64,000 bases of DNA from Promethearchaeati archaeon SRVP18_Atabeyarchaeia-1 (GCA_037308085.1 CP147779.1:800001-864000), one strand, 5' to 3'. Shown: positions 10,063-19,103, counted from the first letter of the stretch. The notes: generated by a model from the letters alone, not told the origin. Numbers and translations: made by a program.

Positions 10063-10246
10063 TGCGGGGGGTGGGAATTTCATTCGAGTCTAGTCTGCGC
10101 CCCGAATTTCGAACCCACGAACTCCTTCTCGGAGTGCACAGGATCCATTTTCAACCGAGTGTATTCTGAACCCCTCTTTCGAGAGTGGATCTTAAGTCCA
10201 CCGCCTCTGGACGAGTCGGTCCTTGTCCGGTCTTGGCGACCCCCGC
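10063..10246 (-). tRNA. tRNA-Leu(UAA) with three introns (D-arm about 17, variable arm 52, T-loop 31 nt)
   Basis: Spliced: GCGGGGG TC GCC AAGACCGGACAA GGC G GTGGA CTTAAGA TCCAC TCTCGAAGGAGTTC GTGGG TTCGAAT CCCAC CCCCCGC A; BHB motifs at the variable-arm and T-loop introns. Confidence 0.88.
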
Positions 10247-10340
10247 ATTTATGATTGAAGTTTCTATCAATAGCCGCCCTCTCTTTAAGCTTGCGTTAAA
10301 CGGGCTTCGACTAACTAAGACCACTAACCTAACCGAAACG

Positions 10341-10353
10341 AAAATGATTTATA
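10341..10353 (+). promoter_or_regulatory. putative BRE/TATA box of tRNA-Met
   Basis: AAAATGA-TTTATA about 40 nt upstream of the tRNA 5' end. Confidence 0.5.
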
Positions 10354-10393
10354 GCGCGCGCCGATTAATGAATGAAATACAGAGTTGTTCTGT

Positions 10394-10565
10394 GCCGAGG
10401 TAGCTCAGCTTGGTTAGAGCGCCGGATCAAGTCAAGGAACAAGGCGAAACTCATAATCAGCTCTAATCGGGGTCAGGTAAGATATCCGGAGATCGCGTGT
10501 TCGAAAGATCGCGCATCCTCATCTTTCCGGGATCGCGCCATCCGAAGATCGCGCCCTCGGCACCA
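10394..10565 (+). tRNA. tRNA-Met(CAU), probably elongator, with three introns (23, 28, 43 nt); CCA encoded
   Basis: Spliced: GCCGAGG TA GCTC AGCTTGGTTA GAGC G CCGGA CTCATAA TCCGG AGATC GCGTG TTCGAAT CGCGC CCTCGGC A CCA. Confidence 0.88.
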
Positions 10566-10704
10566 GTTTTCCTCCCGTCGGCGCCAACTGATCCATCTCC
10601 AATCGGCTTAGCACAAAATTTATCGCTTTAACCTCACTTAGTTTCTATCGTGCACATTGCATGACTTCAAAACGGTATACTGAAATCCTGAAGAGAGGAG
10701 CAGA

Positions 10705-11346
10705 ATGTCGTTCTCTTTGTCACAGGAAGAAGGGGAGTTTCTCGTCAAGCTGGCAAGAAAAGCTATGGAAAGCTACGTCAGCGGGAGAATCAGAGTGCAA
10801 GTTCCAACGGACACTCCAGAGAAACTTATGAACCGGAGCGGCGTTTTTGTCACGCTAGAGAAGATTACTGAAGGAGTGTCAGATCGGGAGTTACGAGGCT
10901 GCATCGGGAGACCTTTGCCGGAGGCTCCACTGGTCGAGGCAACAATCGACTCGGCAATAGATTCATGTAGCCAAGACCCAAGATTCCCACCAGTCAGACC
11001 TGCAGAGCTGCAAAGGATTCTTGTAGAGGTCAGCGTCTTAACCCCGCCAGAGCTAATCAGAGTCGATAACCCAATGGAATATCCCCTGAAGATCAAGTGC
11101 GGCGTCCATGGTTTACTGGTCGAGCGCGGATGGAACAGAGGTCTGCTTTTGCCACAAGTTCCCATAGAATGGAAGTGGAGTGAGGAGGAATTCCTCGGGC
11201 AATGCTGCATTAAGGCAGGGCTACCCCTCAATGAGTGGCTCAAGAAGACGATCAGAATCTATAGGTTTGAGGGGATAGTGTTTCAGGAAGTTGAGCCAAA
11301 AGGCAAGATCGTTAGAAGAGATCTCACGTCGGAGAAAAAGGATTAG
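10705..11346 (+). CDS. AMMECR1/AmmeMemoRadiSam A family protein
   Basis: GVFVTL, LRGCIG, DPRF, GLLLPQV motifs. Confidence 0.93.
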   Translation: MSFSLSQEEGEFLVKLARKAMESYVSGRIRVQVPTDTPEKLMNRSGVFVTLEKITEGVSDRELRGCIGRPLPEAPLVEATIDSAIDSCSQDPRFPPVRPAELQRILVEVSVLTPPELIRVDNPMEYPLKIKCGVHGLLVERGWNRGLLLPQVPIEWKWSEEEFLGQCCIKAGLPLNEWLKKTIRIYRFEGIVFQEVEPKGKIVRRDLTSEKKD

Positions 11347-11412
11347 CAGCCGAGACGTGCTGTTGCTTACCACTAAATGAGATGCCCCGATTATTCTGCG
11401 AGGTGTTTAACC

Positions 11413-12285
11413 ATGCCGGATGAGCTGGAGGCAAATCTGCTAAGGGAGGCGCTACTGCAGTACCTGCGGGAGGACATTGGCTTCGGGGACTTGACAACCG
11501 AATCCATAATTCCATCCAATCTATTCGCCGAAGCAACTATCACATCAAAGTCAGATGGAGTCGTCGCCGGAGTAAGAGAATCGCAGATTCTGTTTCAGAC
11601 AGCCGATGTTAAGGTTGCGGAGTCTCTCGATGATGGGACCGAGGTTCGAAAGGATCAAGTGATAATGAAACTTAAGGGACGCGTAAGATCGATTCTCACA
11701 GTAGAGAGAACCGTCCTCAATATATTGATGAGAATGAGTGGAATCGCTTCGTTGACTCGGAAGCTTATCGACGACGCTCGATCGGTAAATCCGAAGATTA
11801 GAATCGCTTCTACAAGGAAAACTACCCCCGGGTTTAGGTTCTTCGAGAAGCGTGCAGTCGGGATCGGCGGGGGAGATAGCCACCGACTCAGACTAGACGA
11901 TCTCGTGCTGATAAAATCCAATCACATCACGGCTATTGGAGGAGTAGAGGAGGCAATCAGAAAAGCCAAGGCATTCACCAGCTTCACCAAGAAGATCGAG
12001 GTGGAAGCCGTGTCTCTGGACCAGGCAATCACAGCCGCCAAATGCCGCGCAGACATAATCATGCTCGACAATATGACGCCAAATGAAGTCGAGAAAGTGG
12101 TTGTGACACTAAACGCGATGGGGTTGAAAGCTGGGACACTATTAGAAGTCTCAGGCGGAGTAACCCCCGATACACTAAAAACATACGCGAAAACTGGAGT
12201 CGACGTTATTTCAATGGGATTGCTTACACACTCGGCTAAGGCCCTCGACATAAACCTGAAGATATCCAAGACCTGGAAGGAGTGA
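11413..12285 (+). CDS. nadC: nicotinate-nucleotide pyrophosphorylase (QPRTase)
   Basis: EDIGFGDLT, TRKTTPG, IMLDN, EVSGG. Confidence 0.95.
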   Translation: MPDELEANLLREALLQYLREDIGFGDLTTESIIPSNLFAEATITSKSDGVVAGVRESQILFQTADVKVAESLDDGTEVRKDQVIMKLKGRVRSILTVERTVLNILMRMSGIASLTRKLIDDARSVNPKIRIASTRKTTPGFRFFEKRAVGIGGGDSHRLRLDDLVLIKSNHITAIGGVEEAIRKAKAFTSFTKKIEVEAVSLDQAITAAKCRADIIMLDNMTPNEVEKVVVTLNAMGLKAGTLLEVSGGVTPDTLKTYAKTGVDVISMGLLTHSAKALDINLKISKTWKE

Positions 12286-12354
12286 GCCATCAGCTCCTTG
12301 CAGGGTGTGGGCTTTCTGCTTCGATTTGGTAAAGAGGCATTCTCTGCAGAGCGT

Positions 12355-13518
12355 TCAGGCATCAGGTTCCACTCTAGCGAGAGCGGTCATGACCAGCTCC
12401 CTGATTTTCTCTTGATAGTGCCTGGCAATGGAATCTGGTTCACAAGTGGCATTGAAATCGCTGTCTTCTTTCGATTCCTGGATTGAATAACACTTATCAC
12501 CAATCTTCGAAGACAACGCGCTACCTCCTATTCTTTCAGCCAGGCTTCTGAGATAAATGCTATCAAATCCCACTAGTGGATAGAAAACTGGGAAGTCAGC
12601 AATGCCAACGTATTTCCTAATAAGCTCGATCTGAGAAGCGTCGGAAGGATCCAGTCTTCTAGATGAGACGATGCCATGGGCACTCTGTAGCCTGGCAATT
12701 TCAATCATAATGAGATATTTCAAACACTCCTGGAGGGGTGAATTCTTGTTCGCCTCCAGAATGGCCTTGCCGAGAGGCACCTCAATTACAGGTAGGTCCG
12801 CCCCGACATACGGACGAAGCGAGGATTTAGCGGTACTAATCAATTCGCCGCTCTCTGGATCGAACTGCACAAGGATCGGCATGCAGCCCCTCTTCATCAT
12901 CATCCAAACCGCAAGGATGCTCTCATAATCATCCAACTGAGACACGACTTTTCCTTGGCTTCCAAGAGGAAGACCTCCTACCCCGCGAATTACCGTGGTG
13001 TATATGAAAGTTCGCCCCTCTCTTATTTCAACAAAGAACTCATGATCTGGCGAATCAAGATTCACCTTGATCTTGGCGCCACTCCTCTTTAGGGTCTCAA
13101 TAACGGACGAGCCACATCTTACTGCAACCTCATTTGTAGTGAATCCATGCTTTCCCACTCTGCGAACACGGATAGCGAAGCTGTTCCCGTTCTCCAGTGT
13201 CTCTCCAGCCATGTCGGAGACGATTCTTGATATGGTATCGATCTCCGAAACGCATTCGGTAGCGGGGCTTGCGGAAGCTACGCCGAATACCCTAGAGCTG
13301 GCATTCGCAGCTTTTTCACTTTCATTTGTATGGATTATTAGTCTCTCCCAGGTATCCTCAATTCTATTGAACACTGCTACATTCATCTTGAGCGCAGCCA
13401 ATATGTTGTGTCTCAGTAGCCCCCTGAGTGCGGACCGCGTACGTTTGCTTTTCAAGGCGATCTCGTTGAACCTAACTAACACAACCGGAAGATCCATCAC
13501 AAACCCCCCGTAACACAA
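12355..13518 (-). CDS. ThiI-like THUMP-domain protein with degenerate PP-loop
   Basis: VRFNEIALKS, THUMP, GVGGLPLGSQGK..WMMMKRG; the SGGxDS motif is absent; likely start 13497. Confidence 0.8.
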   Translation of the reverse strand: MCYGGFVMDLPVVLVRFNEIALKSKRTRSALRGLLRHNILAALKMNVAVFNRIEDTWERLIIHTNESEKAANASSRVFGVASASPATECVSEIDTISRIVSDMAGETLENGNSFAIRVRRVGKHGFTTNEVAVRCGSSVIETLKRSGAKIKVNLDSPDHEFFVEIREGRTFIYTTVIRGVGGLPLGSQGKVVSQLDDYESILAVWMMMKRGCMPILVQFDPESGELISTAKSSLRPYVGADLPVIEVPLGKAILEANKNSPLQECLKYLIMIEIARLQSAHGIVSSRRLDPSDASQIELIRKYVGIADFPVFYPLVGFDSIYLRSLAERIGGSALSSKIGDKCYSIQESKEDSDFNATCEPDSIARHYQEKIRELVMTALARVEPDA

Positions 13519-13677
13519 AAGCGAAGACTGGGCTTAAAGAGAACGCGCAGACTAGACGACGTACTAGCACTAGTATCCAGGGTATCCCGGTCACTAGGAT
13601 AGGATTCTTTATACACTTCGGTTCTGTTACCTCTTCGGTTGGTGAGTTTAAATAAGAGTTTTGGCTTGTAAAGTTTT

Positions 13678-14840
13678 GTGCAGGCATTTAGGACGGTGCA
13701 AATACCGTACGAGCCTGGAAGCAGAGTTCTTGGTCTCCTTGAAGCTTTCAAGGACATGGTGAACTACTGCATCCACGTCGGTCTCGAGAAGAATGTGAGC
13801 TCCAGGCTCAGACTGCAGAGCGAGGTCTATCACCGGCTAAGCGGTTACGGTTTCCACACCTGGTACACCCTATCCGCCATCGGGACTGCCACCGCCATCC
13901 TGAAGAACTACCGGAAAGCGAGAAGAAAGCGGCAGAATGTTCGAGTGCCGAGAGCCACGAAACTCGTGGCTAAACTGGGAAACCAAGCCTACAAGGTTGT
14001 CGACGGCAAGCTGAGAATTCCGATCAAGCCCAGAGAGTATTTCTACGTCCCCCTATACGAGAGGGTATCGCAGTTCCTGTCGGATGCCGCGCTCAAGTTA
14101 GGCTCAGTGACATTGACTGCTTGCACGGTTTCAGTGGCTTTCTCGAAGACCGCTGAGACTGCCGAACCAGGGAGCTACGTGGCGTATGACACGAATAAGC
14201 GCTCAATAGACGGAGCTTACGTGAGAGAAGATGGAGAACTGGCTGTTGAAAGTCATGACTTATCAAGGGTTTCAGAGGTTGGGCATGGATACTTCGAACG
14301 GGTGCGGAGGGCTCAAGCCAAGTACGCGAGAGACAGGCGGGTAGCGAAGAAGATTCAGAGAAAATGGTTCGCTAACCAGAGCAACAAACTCAACACAATG
14401 CTGCACCAGGCAAGTTCAGCAATAGTTAGGCAAGCGAAGAACCGGGGGCAAGGTATTATCCTCGAAGACCTTAAACATATCCGCAGGGCAACCGACAGGA
14501 AAGCACTAGGCGTCAACAGTTACAACGGGAAAATTCAGATGATCAGCGTGCACTCTAAGAGCCTGAAGCGGAGGCTGAACTCGTGGAGCTTCCGCAAGCT
14601 GCAGGGCTTCATCGGGTACAGGGCTCTCTGGGCGGGAGTCAAAGCCCTCAAAGTGAGTCCCTGGAATGCTGCGGAATAAACCGCCACGTAAATGCCTGCT
14701 TGAACATGCTTAAAATCCAGGATGAAAGCCTGCGGTTCAGGCTGGATCGCTCCGCACATGTAGCCGTGATTAGTCCCCTAAGCAAGGCTATGAGCCAAAG
14801 CGGAGAAGTTAACCAAACTGGTAAACAACCGAAGAGGTAA
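13678..14840 (+). pseudogene. tnpB: IS200/IS605-family tnpB, broken by deletion/frameshift of the Zn finger
   Basis: RuvC-I YDTNKRSIDG; RuvC-II IILEDL; WSFRKLQ..YRA; C-terminus NRHVNACLNML continues in another frame after ~14667. Confidence 0.85.
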
Positions 14841-14904
14841 CAGAACCAATATGTTTCAGATTGAGGGCGATGGCTTGACGAAGGATGACGAGATGGGGGA
14901 TTGA

Positions 14905-15498
14905 GTTCTAACGTATGAGTTTGAGCTTCGATACGCCGTAGAGGATCTTGAAGTAATTCAGAAGTCACTGAATCGAATGAATGCGGAGTTCAAGGCGAAA
15001 CTCATCCAGAAGGATTGCTACTTTTCCCCGCCGCCCGCCAGAACAATTGGGAGAGGCTCAATCCTTAGAGTTAGAGAAGAGACGTACGAGCGAGAAATAA
15101 AGAGGATAGTACTCTCGTACAAAACCCCAAATATACTTGACAAGGGCGTTGAGACTCGGGAAGAGACCGAGGTGGAAGTTCTAAGCGACATCCAAACGGT
15201 CACAGGACTGGTCGAGCGACTCGGAGCCAAGCCTCTTGTGACAGTCACAAAAGAAAGGACAGAATACACATTAGGGTACGAAGGTGCTAGTTTCAACATC
15301 ACTTTGGATCGAGTTGAAACACTTGGATCCTTCGTAGAGATCGAGATCGTCTCAAGCAGGAAAGACGATGTCAACGAGCTCATCATGTTAGGTGGGCGGC
15401 TAGCAAGAAAAATAGGTATTGATGTCTCAAAGAAGGTAGTTCTGGGCTATCATGAGATGGCGCTGGAAAAAAGTGATAACCCCGCAGCACTGCAGTGA
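14905..15498 (+). CDS. CYTH-domain protein (class IV adenylate cyclase/triphosphatase-like); start uncertain
   Basis: In-frame upstream YEFELRY (ExE motif), QKDCYF, LRVR, LSYK, REETE, VTKER, GSFVEIE. Confidence 0.8.
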   Translation, partial: VLTYEFELRYAVEDLEVIQKSLNRMNAEFKAKLIQKDCYFSPPPARTIGRGSILRVREETYEREIKRIVLSYKTPNILDKGVETREETEVEVLSDIQTVTGLVERLGAKPLVTVTKERTEYTLGYEGASFNITLDRVETLGSFVEIEIVSSRKDDVNELIMLGGRLARKIGIDVSKKVVLGYHEMALEKSDNPAALQ

Positions 15499-15532
15499 AT
15501 AGGCGTGGTCCAGGCGGTGTCTTATCAACCCA

Positions 15533-16312
15533 ATGAAGACCAAGAGTAGTCCTGTTAACGTCGTGTTCCTGGGTACGGCTGGCAGTGGCAAGACAACAAT
15601 GGTTCATCGGCTAGGGAGGTGGCTGAAAGAGAGCCGTGGCTACCAGGTGATACACGTCAACCTAGACCCCGCTTGCCTTGATACCCCCTACCGACCAGAC
15701 TTCGACATACGCTCTATCTTTACCACCGAAGATGTCATGAGAAGAGAGAAACTAGGACCAAATGCGGCAATAGTGAGATGCTCCGACCTGATGGCAGAGC
15801 GAGCAGACGAGATGGCTAGATTCATAGGCGATCTTGAAGGGGATTTTCGCCTGATAGATACCCCAGGGCAGACAGAGATCTTCGTTTTCCGCGAATCTGG
15901 TCCGAAGATCATGAAGGCTCTAACCAACTACGGTTACACCTTGTCCGTCATGCTTTTCGACAAGGCACTTGCGTCCACTCCAATTGACATAGCCACAGCA
16001 CAGCTTATGACTTTGGTTGTGCAACTGAGAATCGCCGTCCCAATGATAACGGCGATAAGCAAAGCAGACTTGTTGCCAGACTCAAGTATTGACTCCTTGC
16101 TCTCGAACCAAGCTCTACTAACGAGAGCCATCGAGGAAGAGGTAAGGGAAGGAGGCGTCTACAAGGATCTATCACTGGAACTGCCTTCCTTGATCAAGAC
16201 CTTCAAGCCGCCGGCCAGGATCATAAAGACTTCGGCTTTAACAGAGACAGGATTTACCGAACTACTAGACATAATCAACGAAACGTACTGCGCATGCGGG
16301 GATCTCACATGA
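15533..16312 (+). CDS. GPN-loop GTPase
   Basis: GTAGSGKT, NLDP, LGPN, DTPGQ, KAD. Confidence 0.93.
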   Translation: MKTKSSPVNVVFLGTAGSGKTTMVHRLGRWLKESRGYQVIHVNLDPACLDTPYRPDFDIRSIFTTEDVMRREKLGPNAAIVRCSDLMAERADEMARFIGDLEGDFRLIDTPGQTEIFVFRESGPKIMKALTNYGYTLSVMLFDKALASTPIDIATAQLMTLVVQLRIAVPMITAISKADLLPDSSIDSLLSNQALLTRAIEEEVREGGVYKDLSLELPSLIKTFKPPARIIKTSALTETGFTELLDIINETYCACGDLT

Positions 16313-16459
16313 GCATAGCGCTGACGCTGATCAAGATGAATTAGCCTTAACATTTCGGAAGAGGTCGTTACGGTTATCCATAACTCTTATATTACCTTCC
16401 CCCTACTTGAAAGATAATCTTCTGAAGTTCAAGTGTATCTCTTAAGTAGGCGATGAATC

Positions 16460-16738
16460 GTGAGTGCAGTTCCAAAGGGAACCAAAGGAATCTTTGCTGA
16501 ATTCGCCCGAAGTAGGAGGGTCCAACAGAACAACGTCATTTTAATCAGGTTTCCCACGATAGGCGACTTTGGCCAAGCCTCAAGGCTTGTTGGGCGCACG
16601 GTTGCTTGGACCTCTGAGTCAGGACACAAGCTCCGCGGAAAGATATTCACTGCTCATGGCAAGAACGGCGTTGTAAAGGCCAGGTTTAGACATGGATTGC
16701 CAAGCCAAGGCATCGGAACAGAAGTGATCCTTGAGTAA
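16460..16738 (+). CDS. rpl35ae: 50S ribosomal protein L35Ae
   Basis: GKIFTAHGKNGVVKARFRHGLP motif. Confidence 0.9.
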   Translation: MSAVPKGTKGIFAEFARSRRVQQNNVILIRFPTIGDFGQASRLVGRTVAWTSESGHKLRGKIFTAHGKNGVVKARFRHGLPSQGIGTEVILE

Positions 16739-17000
16739 AGCACTTTCCAACCTACACGTCTAGTTACGTGACGGAAAGGCAGCCTGCTGCTCTTCTATAT
16801 GATTCGGCTTTTTCCCGGTCTAGTGGATTAAGGAGTCAACTACCACCTATTGAAAGAGGTATCAGATAAAGGTGACATTCGCAACAAATCAATAGGTTAA
16901 GCCCTCCCAGCGAAGGTTTGATAGGCATTAAGAAAACTGGGAGAGCCTAACCCAACAAAACAAATAGCATTCAGCCTGTTATTTCTTGGCTTAAGACACG

Positions 17001-17273
17001 CTAAGGTTTCCGTTTCTTCTTTCCTCCGATACTTTCAGCTTTCTTTCCTTCGGATGGTGCCAATAGGGGATCTGTCCACATATGACTGTTCTTCGGGTCG
17101 TATACACGACCGCAAAGGACGTCCGTAACATCGACAGCCCTGAGGGCTTCCTCAAAGATCTTACGTTGCTCAGCTTCAGAGAGAACGGCGACCATGATCC
17201 CTAGTTTGTGAAAGAGTTCATTTCTTCTTGTTCTGAAAATCTCAACGGTCTTAGCTTCTTGCTTTGATAACAT
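17001..17273 (-). pseudogene. probable 3' fragment of a HEPN-like gene
   Basis: FRTRRNELFH (RxxxxH) near the ORF start; abuts the iscB truncation point. Confidence 0.35.
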
Positions 17274-18313
17274 GCCAAGACGTCAAAAGAAAGATGGACA
17301 TGCGAAAAGAACTGCGTGATCGCCGCAGAGAGAGAAAGACGCGCTACAGAAAGCCACGATACAACAATAGAAGACGGCGGGAAGGATGGCTACCGCCAAC
17401 CATAGCCCAACGAGTCGAATCCATCACCCGAACAACAAAGGCCCTAAAGAAAATGACTCCGATCACAAGCGCAGTCGCCGAGATCGGCATGTTCGATACA
17501 CAAAGAATAACCAACCCGCAGATAGCAGGGGACGAATACCAGCGAGGACCAAGCTATGGCTTCAAAAACAAGAGACAAGCCACGCTAGCGTACTTCAAAT
17601 ACAGGTGCCAATACTGCGGAAAAACCAAACGGATAATGACCGTGGACCATGTCATACCCAAAGCAAAAGGCGGCACAGACGCATGGAGCAACTTAACCTG
17701 CGCCTGCAAGACATGTAACGACAACAAAGGAGACAGAACACCAGAAGAAGCAAATATGCCAAACCCCGAAACAGTGAGACTCGACACAAGCTTCCTCAAG
17801 TTCTGCGCCCTTACGCAATCAGGGAAAACCAGGCTCATCGAAGAACAACGGCAACTCACACCCACTCAAACGGTATACGGATGGCAAACCAAACAGAACA
17901 GAGAAACAGCAGGATTACCGAAGACCCACTATTATGACGCGCTCTGCACCAGGGACGTGACCAAGAAACCAATCAGACTGACAGACACCGTCCACGAGAT
18001 CAGGCTCAGGAGACGCAACACACGACGAACACACATCCCAAGTCCGAAGAAAGGAGGAGGAAGACAGCCCTACAACGAGAACAGGAGCCTCAGAGGATAC
18101 AGAAAAGGAGACCTAATACGAACACCGCACGGAATAGCATACATTAGAGGAATAGGAACACGGAAACGACTTAGCTACCGCACTATTCAAGGGCAAACGT
18201 CAGACATCATCCCAGAGAAAGTCAAACTAGTCGAAAGAACCAAAGGCATTCAGTTCTTCCCTTTGTCAAAACCTGAGAAACCTAGCGAAACCGAAATCAA
18301 TGAACATCGATGA
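17264..18313 (+). mobile_element. iscB: IscB (RRXRR/HNH) OMEGA nuclease, 5'-truncated (no PLMP domain or RuvC-I)
   Basis: Arg-rich bridge helix, WLPPT, RuvC-II EIGMFD, HNH (CQYCG..DHVIP..GG..NL.CAC..CN..K), RuvC-III THYYDA; strongly A/C-skewed composition. Confidence 0.88.
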
Positions 18314-18325
18314 CAATGTCCGACT

Positions 18326-18605
18326 GTCAAAAACCCTCATCAGGTTTGAGACTAGGGTTAGTGATGTCCAATCAGGCGTTGGGCAAATGAACTACGTTCG
18401 GGAGATCAGCTCAAGTACCACCTGCAGATGCATGCTCTAGTCTGCAGCTCTGGGAGTCTGGGATGGACGAAAGCTCCCACCAAGCCCAGGGGGCTCAGAC
18501 CCGGGTGGCAACGCAAGGGCAACATCACTCAGACATGCGCTACTCCCAACATACCCGAAGGCCAACCTAACCCCACTGCCTGTCCCAACCGACAACAGTG
18601 GGAGA
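18326..18605 (+). ncRNA. omega RNA (HEARO-like)
   Basis: Ordered HEARO hallmarks: GTCAAAAACC..GACTAGGGT, AACTACGTT, ACC-TGCAGATGC..CTAGTCTGCAG-CTCTG, AACATACCCGAAGG, terminal hairpin CCCACTG..CAGTGGG; GGGT/ACCC pairing. Confidence 0.8.
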
Positions 18606-18801
18606 CACTAGCCACCGACGCCCATTTGAGTTTGCCTGCAAAAAACCGCCTTCGGAGCCCATCAATCGATCCGAATTCTCCAATACGCTACACAAAGATA
18701 TAAGACAAAGTAAACGGAAAGTACTACGGTCGGACCTCGAATGGACTCGATGACCGCGTCCGACAAAGTTGATGTCTCTCTTATGAGAGGCAGGATGATG
18801 A

Positions 18802-19005
18802 CTTATAGTTACGCGGAGAGTCTCCGAGAGAGTCCGCCATCCCCAGATGGCTAGCGATGTCGTTGCTTTCTTTTAGAATGGAGAGGTGCCACAGTGGAGT
18901 TGCTCATTTGTTGTTTGAGCCTAGGGCGCGCACAAGTTTGGCGTTTCCCGAAAGGTGAAACGATATGAAAGCTTATAGTTAGTTGGAGAGCTCTCGAGAG
19001 AGTCC
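18802..19005. repeat. two imperfect 34-bp direct repeats (18802-18835 and 18972-19005)
   Basis: CTTATAGTTAnnnGGAGAGnnnnCGAGAGAGTCC, 27/34 identical. Confidence 0.75.
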
Positions 19006-19103
19006 ATCGCTCTTCACAGTGCTTTGAGCGGTCGATAACTCCCAAAAATAGAAGAGATAGCAGGCTGGGGAAATCCGTTCAGGACATGTACGTCCCCAGT
19101 TCT

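Noticed and set aside
10012-10611. Short ORFs over 10.0-10.6 kb
   Set aside because: Explained by the tRNA-Leu and tRNA-Met genes
18428-18703. 91-aa ORF after iscB
   Set aside because: Overlaps the omega RNA and has no PLMP or other motif
18802-19005. CRISPR array or dif site interpretation of the repeats
   Set aside because: Only two imperfect copies 170 nt apart, no cas genes, and no inverted second Xer arm
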